64,000 bases of DNA, from contig CAZYDI010000008.1 in NCBI GenBank assembly GCA_964646255.1, forward strand, positions 2,184 through 66,183, in the 5' to 3' direction. The notes under the pieces were generated by a model. The model ran no database searches. It had not been told where the DNA came from and saw only the letters and a list, made by a program, of their open reading frames with translations. This document shows, one piece after another, positions 1 through 9,641 of the stretch. The position numbers and the translations under genes were made by a program. Positions within the stretch are counted from its first letter, which is position 1. Every line of letters starts with the position of its first letter. Origin of the DNA: an uncultured Bacteroidales bacterium. GTDB lineage: Bacteria > Bacteroidota > Bacteroidia > Bacteroidales > UBA10428.

Positions 1-226
1 ACAACAAGCGAGCCGGAATTACTTTGGAATTATTGAAGAAAAGTTTGTTTCCTCCATTCAGGTATACCGGCAGGTTATGAAAATGATCGTCAAGGATTTC
101 TCCGTTTGCAAACCTTACAAGCAATCTCGAATGATCTCGCTTTTCAGCCGGGTACAAGGCTATCCTGTCATCCGGAAGAATATAGTTAAAATCCTGAATA
201 TTAATATTATCAATGGAACTAAACAT
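1..226 (-). CDS. queA: S-adenosylmethionine:tRNA ribosyltransferase-isomerase QueA, N-terminal fragment (gene runs off the left edge)
   Basis: Reverse-strand translation from the ATG at 226-224 reads MFSSIDNINIQDFNYILPDDRIALYPAEKRDHSRLLVRFANGEILDDHFHNLPVYLNGGNKLFFNNSKVIPARLL. This fits the conserved QueA N-terminus. It is absent from the ORF track because it is open at the window edge. Confidence 0.8.
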   Translation of the reverse strand, partial: MFSSIDNINIQDFNYILPDDRIALYPAEKRDHSRLLVRFANGEILDDHFHNLPVYLNGGNKLFFNNSKVIPARLL

Positions 227-252
227 ATTTAATATTGGGCGGTAAAAATAAC

Positions 253-260
253 TATTTTTG
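253..260 (+). promoter_or_regulatory. Bacteroidota-type -7 promoter box TATTTTTG (TAnnTTTG consensus) upstream of the Smr-domain gene
   Basis: TATTTTTG ends 27 nt before the ATG at 287. It is embedded in the 17-mer AAAATAACTATTTTTGC, which is repeated at 16633-16649. Confidence 0.45.
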
Positions 261-286
261 CGCTTTAATCCGGATAACCAATCTAT

Positions 287-1357
287 ATGAAATATAAAAC
301 AGGCGACAGGGTAAGGTTTTTGAATGATGTTGGCGGAGGTACCATAAACAGGATAGATGATTTGGGAACGATATATGTACTTACCGAAGACGGGTTTGAA
401 GTACCGGTAACCGAAAAAGATCTGGTTTTCAACAGGGGAATTTCCTATACCGGTAATGAAGATACTGAACCTCAACAGCGCAAGGTTTCACAACCGGGCA
501 ACACAGGAACCAAAAGCAAGGCAAAAGATGAAGTTAAACCAAGTTTGCCTGCCAATATCGGGCCTGATGAGTCGTTCAATCTTTACCTGGGTTTTGTACC
601 TGAAAAAAAAGGGCCTGTTTTTAACAGCGGCATATCCTGTTTTTTAATCAATGATTCTCCGTTTTTTGCGTATTTCATGGCTGGCACCAAAGAAGGTGGG
701 GCCATGTTTTACCTTAACTCCGGGTATATTGAGCCCAATACCAAAATATTGCTGAAATCGTTTGACCAGACATCACTGAGTAAAATCAGCGATGTAAATG
801 TTCAACTGATTTTGGTTAGCAAGGGAAGGTATTTCAGGAGAGAGCCCATTGATGCCATGTTTAACCTTAACCTGGTTAATTTCAGTAAAGAAAGCTATTA
901 TCGGGAGAATGACTACTTTAACGAGAAGGCAGTGTTGTTTAGTGTCAATGGTACCCGGGAAAACCCGATGGATTCACATCCTATCGAGATACCCGGAGAG
1001 GTTTTAAGGCAAAAGGATTTTGCCGACAAACGGCCTGTCAAGCCTAAAAAGCCGGAACCATCCCCGGATACCCTGGAAGTTGATTTGCACTATGATGAAG
1101 ACGAGCTCGCAAAAAGCAAACTCGAGCCTGGCGCGATTCTTGCTTTACAAATGAGCAGGTTTCATGCATCCATAGAGGAGGCAATTGGAAAGAAAATACG
1201 CCGGCTTGTTGTTATTCATGGCCTTGGACAGGGAACATTAAAGATGCAAATAAGAAATGAATTAAAGGAAAAATATCCTGATTTCGTTTTTCAGGATGCT
1301 TCATTTAAGGAATATGGTTTTGGAGCTACATTGATTCACATAGTGTTTAATAAATAG
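287..1357 (+). CDS. DUF2027-like N-terminus plus C-terminal Smr domain protein
   Basis: The N-terminus MKYKTGDRVRFLNDVGGGTI resembles DUF2027 proteins. The C-terminus LVVIHGLGQGTLKMQIRNELKE fits the Smr (small MutS-related) motif. Confidence 0.75.
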   Translation: MKYKTGDRVRFLNDVGGGTINRIDDLGTIYVLTEDGFEVPVTEKDLVFNRGISYTGNEDTEPQQRKVSQPGNTGTKSKAKDEVKPSLPANIGPDESFNLYLGFVPEKKGPVFNSGISCFLINDSPFFAYFMAGTKEGGAMFYLNSGYIEPNTKILLKSFDQTSLSKISDVNVQLILVSKGRYFRREPIDAMFNLNLVNFSKESYYRENDYFNEKAVLFSVNGTRENPMDSHPIEIPGEVLRQKDFADKRPVKPKKPEPSPDTLEVDLHYDEDELAKSKLEPGAILALQMSRFHASIEEAIGKKIRRLVVIHGLGQGTLKMQIRNELKEKYPDFVFQDASFKEYGFGATLIHIVFNK

Positions 1358-1704
1358 CAGTAAACCGCTCTGCCGCTGTTTTTCGTGCAAACGAAAAATG
1401 GAGGAAAGTCCGGACAACACAGAGCGCCGTGCTTCCGAAAGGGAAGATACCTGTGAGGGTATAGTAACGGAGAAGAGAATGACTTCCCCGGTTTACCGGG
1501 GTAAAGGTGAGAAGGCAGGGTAAGAGCCTGCCAGTTATGGTGGCGACATCATAAGCTGTCCGTCTTGCGGGTTGAAAGATCATGTATACCGGTTTTTAAG
1601 GATTGCTCGTCCGATGCCGGGGGGTAGATCGAGTAGATAAATGGCAGGGATCCTTCATTCTGAAAAGAATGAAGGAAACAGAATCCGGCTTACAGGTTTA
1701 CTGC
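1357..1704 (+). ncRNA. rnpB: RNase P RNA (bacterial type A)
   Basis: GGAGGAAAGTCCGGACAACACAGAGC (P4 5' strand region) and ACAGAATCCGGCTTACAGG (P4 3' strand) are present. The terminal P1 pairing is GCAGTAAACC (1357-1366) with GGTTTACTGC (1695-1704), followed by a T-run. Confidence 0.9.
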
Positions 1705-1789
1705 TTTTTTATTTCAGGTTTTCAATACTTTAAGGGGAAAAAACAAACACTTTAAAGCTTAAATGCGTAATCTACCATAAAGGACTTGT

Positions 1790-3925
1790 TTGCACCATAT
1801 AATAGTGACATCACGCATTAAAAAATTGCTGGCCTGTGTGCTGATTTCATACATTTCGTGTGGCATTGCTCACGCCAACGATGATAAATCAGGCAACCAG
1901 GTATTATTGGCTGCTGAAAAATCGAGAATTGAGATTTTACTCGAAAAGGCTTCCATATACACTTCGGCCAAAAGCGACAGTTGTATTATGTATGCCCGCG
2001 AAGCCCTGAGGCTGGCCGACGAAAAGAATGCGGTTGCCTACCAGATCCGTGCATTGGATATTATAACCGACCGGTTGTATGATATCGAAAACTATACCGG
2101 GCTCATCCCTGAAGTAAAAAGGCTTTTATATCTCCATAAACTCGCAGGCGATTCCTTAAATCGCGCATATGCCTATAATTTATACGGACTGGCATGCTAT
2201 AATACTGGCATATACGATGAAGCCATAAAGGCTTACCATCAATGCCGGAGGTTGGCAGAGGAACAAGAGGATAATTATTTGCTTGCCTTGTGTTATCAAA
2301 ATACCGGAGTTGTTTACGACGGACTCAAACGTCCTGATGAAGCAATGGAATATTATAAGAAGGCACTGGATATTTTTCGTGTTATCAAGGACAAGGATGG
2401 TGAAGCATCCATTTTACAGAACATAGGAATCATCCTGAGCGATAAAAAACAGTACCGCGAAGCGCTCGGTTACTATCTAACAGCGCTGAAGTTTTATGAA
2501 GAGCTAAAGGATAATGTTTCCATTGCCATGATGTACCTTAACCTTGGTTCATCATATGAAGAGCAGGGTTTCTATTCGCGTGCGCTGGGATATTACACCA
2601 AGGCGCTTGATTTGTCGACAAGGGAAAATTACAAGTATGGCATTGCCTATAGCCATATCAGCCTCGGAATGGTTTATAAATCAACCGGAGAATATGCCAA
2701 AGCGCTTGATCATCTGAAAAAGAGCCTGAGTTATTCCAGAATGATCGCCCTGGTAGAAAATGAGATTGATTGTCACTATGAATTGTCGGAGGCATACTTT
2801 GGATTAGGTGAATACAAGGAGGCTTACCAGGAATTGATGATATATAAAGAGCTTTATGATTCTTTGTACAATGAAAATGTGCAGCAAAATGTTGCCGAGG
2901 TCGAAATGCGCTTTAAGACCGAAATAAAGGACAGGGAAATTGAAAACCTGATAAAAGAACGCCAGGAAACGATCAGGGACATGATTCGAAGAACAATAGG
3001 CTTGTTTGCCATTGTTTTGTTAACCGTGATCATCATTGCAGTGAGTATTTATTACTCGCGTACACTCCGGAAAGCAAACTACAGCCTCACCGAAGAAATT
3101 AAGGAAAGAAAAAAGGCCGAGGAAGAGTTGATCAGTATAAAAGAAAACCTCGAGGAGAGGGTAGTGGAAAGAACGAAGGAATTGGAGAAAGCAAAGATCA
3201 GGGCAGAAGAATCCGACAGGCTGAAATCGGCCTTTATTGCCAACATGAGTCATGAAATACGTACACCCCTCAATGCCATAACAGGATTTTCCGGTCTTCT
3301 TTTAAGAGACGATATTTCTGCTGAAAAAAGAAAGGAATATAACCAGCACGTAGTGAAGAACAACAAAATTCTGGTTAATATGATTGAAGACCTTATTGAT
3401 ACATCGAAAATTGAATCTGGCAATTTACAGTTACACCCGTCATTATTTAATATAAAACAATTCCTTTACCGCATAAATGAACCCATAATAGAGAATATGG
3501 CCCGGAAAAACAAGACATACATTGATGTGGTTATAGATCCGGTTACCATAAGTACCGACGCCATAGTAGCCGATCCTGTCAGGCTGCAGCAAGTCATGTG
3601 GCATATACTTGACAACGCCGTGAAATTTACCCGAGAAGGCAAAATTCATTATGGGTGCAGGGAAACCGAAAATGACATTGTTTTTTATGTGGATGATACC
3701 GGTATTGGCATTCCCGATAACCAAAAAGAAGTGGTCTTCGAAAAATTCAGGCAAATTGATGAATCGGCAAAGCGAAAATTTGGAGGAACCGGTCTCGGAT
3801 TGTATTATGCGCGAAAAATTGCCGAAATGATGGGTGGTAAACTTTGGTTTGAAAGCAAAAATAGTGGTGGAACGGTTTTTTACTTTTCTGTACCCAAAAA
3901 TCACCATCAACCGCAGGCGCTTTAA
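1790..3925 (+). CDS. TPR-repeat sensor histidine kinase (TPR region, one TM segment, coiled coil, HisKA, HATPase_c)
   Basis: H-box SAFIANMSHEIRTPLNAI. The N and G boxes are HILDNAVKFT and DDTGIGIP...GGTGLGLYYARKIAEMMGG. There are repeated TPR-like A/Y-rich helices and a TM segment IGLFAIVLLTVIIIAVSIYY. The start is uncertain (TTG at 1790 or GTG at 1805). Confidence 0.85.
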   Translation: MHHIIVTSRIKKLLACVLISYISCGIAHANDDKSGNQVLLAAEKSRIEILLEKASIYTSAKSDSCIMYAREALRLADEKNAVAYQIRALDIITDRLYDIENYTGLIPEVKRLLYLHKLAGDSLNRAYAYNLYGLACYNTGIYDEAIKAYHQCRRLAEEQEDNYLLALCYQNTGVVYDGLKRPDEAMEYYKKALDIFRVIKDKDGEASILQNIGIILSDKKQYREALGYYLTALKFYEELKDNVSIAMMYLNLGSSYEEQGFYSRALGYYTKALDLSTRENYKYGIAYSHISLGMVYKSTGEYAKALDHLKKSLSYSRMIALVENEIDCHYELSEAYFGLGEYKEAYQELMIYKELYDSLYNENVQQNVAEVEMRFKTEIKDREIENLIKERQETIRDMIRRTIGLFAIVLLTVIIIAVSIYYSRTLRKANYSLTEEIKERKKAEEELISIKENLEERVVERTKELEKAKIRAEESDRLKSAFIANMSHEIRTPLNAITGFSGLLLRDDISAEKRKEYNQHVVKNNKILVNMIEDLIDTSKIESGNLQLHPSLFNIKQFLYRINEPIIENMARKNKTYIDVVIDPVTISTDAIVADPVRLQQVMWHILDNAVKFTREGKIHYGCRETENDIVFYVDDTGIGIPDNQKEVVFEKFRQIDESAKRKFGGTGLGLYYARKIAEMMGGKLWFESKNSGGTVFYFSVPKNHHQPQAL

Positions 3926-3936
3926 GGGCTGAATGA

Positions 3937-3969
3937 AGAAAGCCCTCACATGTAGTGTGAAGGCTTTCT
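3937..3969 (+). terminator. Hairpin after the histidine kinase gene
   Basis: AGAAAGCC (3937-3944) pairs with GGCTTTCT (3962-3969), with an inner TCACA/TGTGA stem. There is no clear T-run. Confidence 0.4.
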
Positions 3970-4121
3970 GTAAGTATGGGTTAATCGTTAGGGTTAAAGC
4001 ATAGTAAAAGTATAAAAAATGTTAATATAAGCAACACCTCGCCCAATAATTGTTGAAAAAATGATCTTATAAATTGCAACTAACTGTAAATAAGCATAAT
4101 ATCAGTTAAGGTTATGAACCA

Positions 4122-4958
4122 TCAGGGCATTTTGTCCATCTGGTTCACCACTGCTTTTAATTTTACCAGTTTATCAAGTATTCCTTCGAGCAAATCAAGC
4201 CGCAGCATATTGGCACCGTCGGACTTGGCAATCATTGGTTCGGGATGGGTTTCGATAAATAATCCATCAGCGCCAACAGCAATTGCAGCCCGGGCAATAG
4301 TTTCAATCATATCCGGCCTTCCACCGGCAACGCCCGTCTGTTGGTTGGGTTGTTGCAGGGAATGTGTAATATCCATAATGACCGGATAGCCGAACTTTCG
4401 CATTTCAGGTATGCCCCTGAAATCAACCATTAAATCATGGTAACCAAACATTGTACCCCTGTCGGTTATCATTACACGGGGGTTTCCGGATTGAACGATT
4501 TTTTCAGCAACAAATTTCATTGAATCAGGAGCAAGAAACTGCCCTTTTTTTACATTAACTACTTTTCCGGTCTTTGCTGCGGCAACAAGCAGGTCGGTTT
4601 GCCTGCATAAAAAGGCAGGAATTTGCAGAATATCAACATACTGAGAAGCAAAATAAGCTTCTTCGGGTGAGTGAATATCGGTAAGGACCGGAATGTTCAA
4701 CTCTTTTCTCAAATCGCGCAGCACCTCAAGACCCGCTTTATCTCCAATTCCTGTAAAGGAATCATGCTTCGACCGATTGGCCTTTTTATAGGAACTTTTA
4801 TAGATATAGGGAATTTTAAGCTTGTCGGTTATGGCAATCACTTTTTCTGCTATGCCGAAACACATTTCCCGGCTTTCAATAACACAGGAACCTGCAATCA
4901 GGAAGAAATTTCCGTTTCCGGAATGTCTTATCAGGGGAATTGATGAAATGATATCCAT
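4122..4958 (-). CDS. kdsA: 3-deoxy-8-phosphooctulonate (KDO-8-P) synthase
   Basis: Full-length match to the KdsA pattern: FLIAGSCVIES, YKSSYKKANRS, LQIPAFLCRQTDL, VNVKKGQF, ITDRGTMFGY, DITHSLQQP, GLFIETHP. The start is taken at MDIISS (internal Met of the listed ORF). Confidence 0.9.
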   Translation of the reverse strand: MDIISSIPLIRHSGNGNFFLIAGSCVIESREMCFGIAEKVIAITDKLKIPYIYKSSYKKANRSKHDSFTGIGDKAGLEVLRDLRKELNIPVLTDIHSPEEAYFASQYVDILQIPAFLCRQTDLLVAAAKTGKVVNVKKGQFLAPDSMKFVAEKIVQSGNPRVMITDRGTMFGYHDLMVDFRGIPEMRKFGYPVIMDITHSLQQPNQQTGVAGGRPDMIETIARAAIAVGADGLFIETHPEPMIAKSDGANMLRLDLLEGILDKLVKLKAVVNQMDKMP

Positions 4959-4968
4959 GTCGTTTGTT

Positions 4969-6261
4969 TTAGTACTTGTATTTATTGTTCCAAATGGCAG
5001 CAAGCCGGCTTTTTATTTCTTTCTCCCTTTGGTTTTCCTGGGGTTCATATAGTATATTGTTACTGATGGCCTCAGGCAGGAATTCTTCCTGTGTAAAATT
5101 TCCTTTATAATCGTGGGCATATTTATAGTCGGTTCCATACCCCAGGTTTTTCATCAATGAAGTTGGGGCATTCCTTAAATTAAGTGGTACCGGAAGGTCG
5201 CCTGTTTCCCTCACCAATTCAATGGCATTGTTTATTGCTTTATAAGCTGAATTGCTTTTGGGTGAGGTTGCAAGGTATATGGCTGTTTCCGAAAGAATAA
5301 TCCTTGATTCCGGCCAGCCGATCTGTGTAATGGCCTGAAAACACGAGGAGGCCAGCAATAACGCATTCGGGTTTGCCAGTCCGATATCCTCGGCAGCCAA
5401 AATAACCATCCTCCTTGCTATGAACTTCGCATCTTCTCCTCCCTCTACCATACGGGCTAACCAGTATACGGCAGCATTAGGGTCGCTGCCGCGAACCGAT
5501 TTTATAAAAGCCGATATAATATCGTAATGCTGTTCACCGCTCTTATCATATATGGCAATTTTTTCCTGTACAATATCCATCACCAGGCTGTCGGTAATGG
5601 TTATTGCACCATTATTTCCGGATGCAAGGGTATTAATGACCAGTTCAAGAATATTCATCAATTTGCGTGCATCACCTCCCGACAATTTAAACAATGCTGT
5701 TGATTCCTTTACATCAATAGATAATTGCTTAAGGTAGGGATCGTGGTGAAGGGCCCTGTTTAATATTTTTTCGAGTTCAGGTTTATCAAGAGATTTAAGT
5801 ACATATACCTGACATCTTGATAATAAAGGTGATATGACTTCGAATGATGGATTTTCCGTAGTTGCTCCTATCAGGGTAACCACACCCTGTTCAACCGAAG
5901 CAAGCAGGGAATCCTGCTGTGATTTATTGAACCGGTGAATTTCATCAATAAAAAGAATGGGTGAGGGCTTATTAAAAAATTGTTGCTGTCGGGCTTTTTC
6001 GATGGTTTCCCTGACGTCCTTAACACCCGCGTGCACAGCACTGAGCTGGTAAAAAGGCCGTTCAAGCTGATTAGCAATGATTCTTGCCAATGTTGTTTTA
6101 CCAACACCTGGTGGCCCCCAAAGGATAAAAGAGGGTAAGTTGCCGCTTTCGATGCTTTTCCTGAGAATGGACTTTTCACCAACAAGATGTTCCTGTCCAA
6201 TATAATCGTCCAGTTTAGAAGGTCTGAGTCTTTCGGCCAGTGGCTGGTTACTGCCTATCAT
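4969..6261 (-). CDS. rarA: Replication-associated recombination protein A (RarA/MgsA AAA+ ATPase)
   Basis: LAERLRPSKLDDYIGQEHL, Walker A GPPGVGKTTLA, Walker B LFIDEIHRFNKSQQD, C-terminal MgsA motif YDIISAFIKSVRGSDPNAAVYWLARM. Confidence 0.9.
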   Translation of the reverse strand: MIGSNQPLAERLRPSKLDDYIGQEHLVGEKSILRKSIESGNLPSFILWGPPGVGKTTLARIIANQLERPFYQLSAVHAGVKDVRETIEKARQQQFFNKPSPILFIDEIHRFNKSQQDSLLASVEQGVVTLIGATTENPSFEVISPLLSRCQVYVLKSLDKPELEKILNRALHHDPYLKQLSIDVKESTALFKLSGGDARKLMNILELVINTLASGNNGAITITDSLVMDIVQEKIAIYDKSGEQHYDIISAFIKSVRGSDPNAAVYWLARMVEGGEDAKFIARRMVILAAEDIGLANPNALLLASSCFQAITQIGWPESRIILSETAIYLATSPKSNSAYKAINNAIELVRETGDLPVPLNLRNAPTSLMKNLGYGTDYKYAHDYKGNFTQEEFLPEAISNNILYEPQENQREKEIKSRLAAIWNNKYKY

Positions 6262-6379
6262 AGCTGTTTTTATTCCTTGGTAAAATTACCATTAAGTTTT
6301 AAATACGCCTATAAAAATAACGCAGAACCACAATTAGTCCCGCTTAATTATTATTTTTATGCGCTCATACCTGATTCTG

Positions 6380-7186
6380 ATGAAAGATAAAGTAGTAATT
6401 ATAACCGGTGCATCATCGGGGATAGGTTTGGCTACTGCTCAATTATTTGCCCGCAAAGGAAATAAAGTTGTTCTGGCAGCCCGAAGCCATGCCCTCCTGG
6501 CAAAAACTGCACAAGACCTGCAATCATCCGGCTATGATGTTCTTACGGTTGTTACTGATGTTACCATCGAAGAAGATTGTAAAAATCTGATAGCCAAAAC
6601 CCTGGATAAGTACGGACAAATAGATATCCTGATCAATAATGCCGGGATCTCCATGCGGGCGATATTTAACGACGTAGATATAAGTGTTTTAAAAAGGTTA
6701 TTTGATGTTAATTTTTGGGGAGCAGTGGCGTGTACCAAGTATGCCTTGCCACACCTGATCCGGCAACACGGTTCGGTGGTCGGTGTGTCATCGGTAGCCG
6801 GATTTATTGGATTGCCCGGGCGAACAGGTTACTCTGCCTCAAAATATGCTTTGCATGGTTTTTTGGAGACCCTGCGTATCGAAAACCTGAAAAACGGATT
6901 ACATGTGCTGATCATGTGTGCCGGATTTACCAAATCCGATATCCGAAAAAAGGCTCTTACTGCAAATGGAACCCCGCAGGGATTTACACCCCGTGAAGAA
7001 GAAAAAATGATGCTACCCGAAGAAGTTGCACTCTCCATTTATAAAGCTGTAAAAAGAAGAAGAAATTACGTTATTCTTACCCTGGAGGGCAAGATGACGG
7101 CCCTGGTAAAACGCATTGCTCCACGCTTTCTGGAATATGCGGCCTATACCAAAATGGCCAATGAACCTGATTCTCCCTTACGCTAA
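6380..7186 (+). CDS. SDR family oxidoreductase
   Basis: TGASSGIG cofactor motif, NNAG, and the catalytic YSASK motif. The start is taken at MKDKVVIITG. Confidence 0.85.
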   Translation: MKDKVVIITGASSGIGLATAQLFARKGNKVVLAARSHALLAKTAQDLQSSGYDVLTVVTDVTIEEDCKNLIAKTLDKYGQIDILINNAGISMRAIFNDVDISVLKRLFDVNFWGAVACTKYALPHLIRQHGSVVGVSSVAGFIGLPGRTGYSASKYALHGFLETLRIENLKNGLHVLIMCAGFTKSDIRKKALTANGTPQGFTPREEEKMMLPEEVALSIYKAVKRRRNYVILTLEGKMTALVKRIAPRFLEYAAYTKMANEPDSPLR

Positions 7187-7199
7187 CAAACCGGAAACG

Positions 7200-7604
7200 A
7201 TGTACTGTACCGAAACAAAAATACGTGTCCGTTATGGTGAAACCGACAGGATGGGATACATGTATTATGGTCATTACCCTGAGTATTTTGAAGTGGGAAG
7301 AACCGAAATGATTCGTTCGCTTGGGTTGAGTTACCGTGAAATTGAGGATCTGGGCATAATCATGCCTGTTCGAAGCTTGCATGTTAATTATAAAACTGCC
7401 GCCTTGTATGATGAAATGCTCACCATAAAATCATGCCTGATGGAGCTTCCTTTAACCAAACTGAACATTGATTATCAAATTCTCAATGAACGCAATCAGA
7501 TCGTATGCACTGGCAATACCATCCTGGCTTTTGTCGACAGCAAAACACGCAAGATAAGGAGAGCTCCGGAGTTTTTTGTTGACGCTGTCAAACAATATTT
7601 CTGA
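7200..7604 (+). CDS. Acyl-CoA thioesterase, YbgC/4HBT hotdog family
   Basis: IRVRYGETDRMGYMYYGHYPEYFEVGR is the typical 4HBT N-terminal catalytic region. The start is taken at the internal MYCTETK (ATG 7200). Confidence 0.8.
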   Translation: MYCTETKIRVRYGETDRMGYMYYGHYPEYFEVGRTEMIRSLGLSYREIEDLGIIMPVRSLHVNYKTAALYDEMLTIKSCLMELPLTKLNIDYQILNERNQIVCTGNTILAFVDSKTRKIRRAPEFFVDAVKQYF

Positions 7605-7610
7605 AAAAAA

Positions 7611-7634
7611 GGCTGTCTTTCAGGTAAGACAGCC
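7611..7634. terminator. Bidirectional hairpin terminator between convergent genes
   Basis: GGCTGTCTT (7611-7619) pairs with AAGACAGCC (7626-7634). It has an A-run upstream and a further A-run downstream after a short spacer. Confidence 0.55.
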
Positions 7635-7658
7635 TCCGTAATTTAGTCAGAAAAAAAA

Positions 7659-8399
7659 TTATTCACCTTTGTATTTGAAAACATCATCAGAAATTTCTCC
7701 GTTGAGTTCAATGGTTGAAAATGTAATTGCCTGTACACTTTGTCCTCCGATGCGTGTGTCAATCTTAAAAGGCATTATTAGGCCATCACCTGCATCCTGA
7801 TAATCACTGTAATATACGCTCATTTCCTGACCAGCCATTTGCCCGCCTTTTGGTGTTTGCTTAACCAGCACAGGCAGGTAGGTCTCGCTATCAAAATAAT
7901 ACGTGTATTCTAATTCTTCCTCAGCATTGCCCTTGTTTTTAATAAGCTTTACGATATAACAATTGATGCCGTCCACATCTTCAGTTCCCTCATAGGAAAT
8001 GGTACTGCCTTTCTTTGCATAGTCAATAAATACATCTTCAAAATCTGCTTCTGACTTGATTGTAGTGTATTGATCTTCCGGAAGCTTTTGTGGTGTTGAA
8101 CTTCCCATAAATGGATTGATTGTCCATGCTATTTCGCCATCATATGCCTGGGGAATGAGTTTCTGCCCCATAACATCAATACTGAGAAGCAACTTGTTTG
8201 GCGCTTTGCGAAACATTTCGAATGCGAAATCACCCTGCGGGGTTGGCACCGTACCTGCCAGTCGTGCAGTTTTTAGGGATTTCCATTTTTCAACACCGCC
8301 AATGTTTTTTAGATAGGTATTTACAATTTCATCAGCGTTTTGCGACCAGGCAGAAAAGGCAAATACTGAACATAAGATTGCCAAAAGGAGTTTTTTCAT
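7659..8399 (-). CDS. Hypothetical secreted protein (possibly LolA-like lipoprotein-sorting fold)
   Basis: Signal peptide MKKLLLAILCSVFAFSAWSQ. Long clean ORF. The family assignment is only a recollection of similar Bacteroidota proteins. Confidence 0.45.
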   Translation of the reverse strand: MKKLLLAILCSVFAFSAWSQNADEIVNTYLKNIGGVEKWKSLKTARLAGTVPTPQGDFAFEMFRKAPNKLLLSIDVMGQKLIPQAYDGEIAWTINPFMGSSTPQKLPEDQYTTIKSEADFEDVFIDYAKKGSTISYEGTEDVDGINCYIVKLIKNKGNAEEELEYTYYFDSETYLPVLVKQTPKGGQMAGQEMSVYYSDYQDAGDGLIMPFKIDTRIGGQSVQAITFSTIELNGEISDDVFKYKGE

Positions 8400-8555
8400 T
8401 GTATACGTTTTGATTGGTTAATAAACCTTCAAAGTTAATATAATGGAAGAGTTAGCTATTGTTTATTTAAAAATTAATTATTGCTGTAATGAATTTGACC
8501 CCTGGTCGTCTACCTATACAAGAACACTTGTCATTCAATTCTAAAAAATAATAAT

Positions 8556-9071
8556 ATGAGAAAAGTATTTGTAGCATTTGCAGCTCTGCTGATTTGCGGA
8601 AGCACATTCGGCCAGAAAGATTTCTTATCCGGTGTATTTGCAAAATATGCGGGACAAGAAGGGATAACCATGATAAATATTACCGGTGATATGCTTAAGC
8701 TTTGGGCCAATGCAGAACAGGAGAGGAGAGATACTGTTTTTACCTCCAAACTGACGGATATTAAAGTGATGGCATTGCAAAAGAACTGTGATAAGCCGGT
8801 TAACATCGATTTAATAACCGAGGTATACGACAAGCTGGATAAATCGGTTTACAAGGAGATGATCAACATCAAACAGAATGATGAAGATGTTCACATTCTT
8901 GTTCGTGAAGCCGGAAATCGCATTTCAGAAATTATTGTCATTGTTGGCGGTTTGAAGGAAAATGCACTGATTCATGTACAGGGTGACATGTTACTTAGTG
9001 AAATGGCTGATATGGCAGGCAAATTCCAAATGAAAGGGTTTGACTTCTCAAAGAATTTTGAAAAACAGTAA
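8556..9071 (+). CDS. DUF4252 domain protein
   Basis: Signal peptide plus the FAKYAGQEGITMINITGDMLKL motif, and IIVIVGGLKENALIHVQGDM, typical of DUF4252. It is adjacent to an ECF sigma factor gene. Confidence 0.7.
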   Translation: MRKVFVAFAALLICGSTFGQKDFLSGVFAKYAGQEGITMINITGDMLKLWANAEQERRDTVFTSKLTDIKVMALQKNCDKPVNIDLITEVYDKLDKSVYKEMINIKQNDEDVHILVREAGNRISEIIVIVGGLKENALIHVQGDMLLSEMADMAGKFQMKGFDFSKNFEKQ

Positions 9072-9101
9072 TTTTGGACTGCATCCCGATTAGCGGCCAT
9101 T

Positions 9102-9641
9102 ATGGATATATCCGGTTATAAAGAAAAGATTCTGCCCCTGAATGGAAGGTTATACAGGTATGCATTGATGATGCTGAAGGATCATGGAGAAGCACAGGAT
9201 GCTGTTCAGGAAGTATGTCTTAAATTATGGAAAATAAAGGATACGCTTGAAAATTATCAGAATATTGAATCTTTTGCCATTAAAGTGACCAAAAACTGGT
9301 GCCTTGATCGAATTAAACTGAAAAAACCGGTATATGTCAACAGCTATACATTATTATCCCCCGGCGACCATGCCAATGATCCATATAAGCGCCTGGAAAA
9401 TGAAGATCAATTAAAGTTTTTATTCCGCATTATGGATAAATTGCCTGACCAACAGCGCGATATAATTCAGCTGCGGGAAATAGAAAACCTGGAATTTGAA
9501 GAGATTGCTGAAATCCTTGAAATGAACATTAATGCGGTTCGTGTTAATTTATCGAGGGCAAGGCACAGGATTAAAGAAGAAATGCTAAAGTTTGAATCAC
9601 ATGAACATGCAAATAAAACACCTGGCGGAAAGGTATTTTGA
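9102..9641 (+). CDS. RNA polymerase ECF-type sigma-70 factor
   Basis: Region 2 (AQDAVQEVCLKLW) and region 4 (LPDQQRDIIQLREIENLEFEEIAEILEMNINAVRVNLSRARHRIK). Confidence 0.85.
   Translation: MDISGYKEKILPLNGRLYRYALMMLKDHGEAQDAVQEVCLKLWKIKDTLENYQNIESFAIKVTKNWCLDRIKLKKPVYVNSYTLLSPGDHANDPYKRLENEDQLKFLFRIMDKLPDQQRDIIQLREIENLEFEEIAEILEMNINAVRVNLSRARHRIKEEMLKFESHEHANKTPGGKVF

Noticed and set aside
1347-1583. 78-aa minus-strand ORF
   Set aside because: It lies inside the RNase P RNA gene, whose conserved P4 sequences and P1 pairing explain the region.
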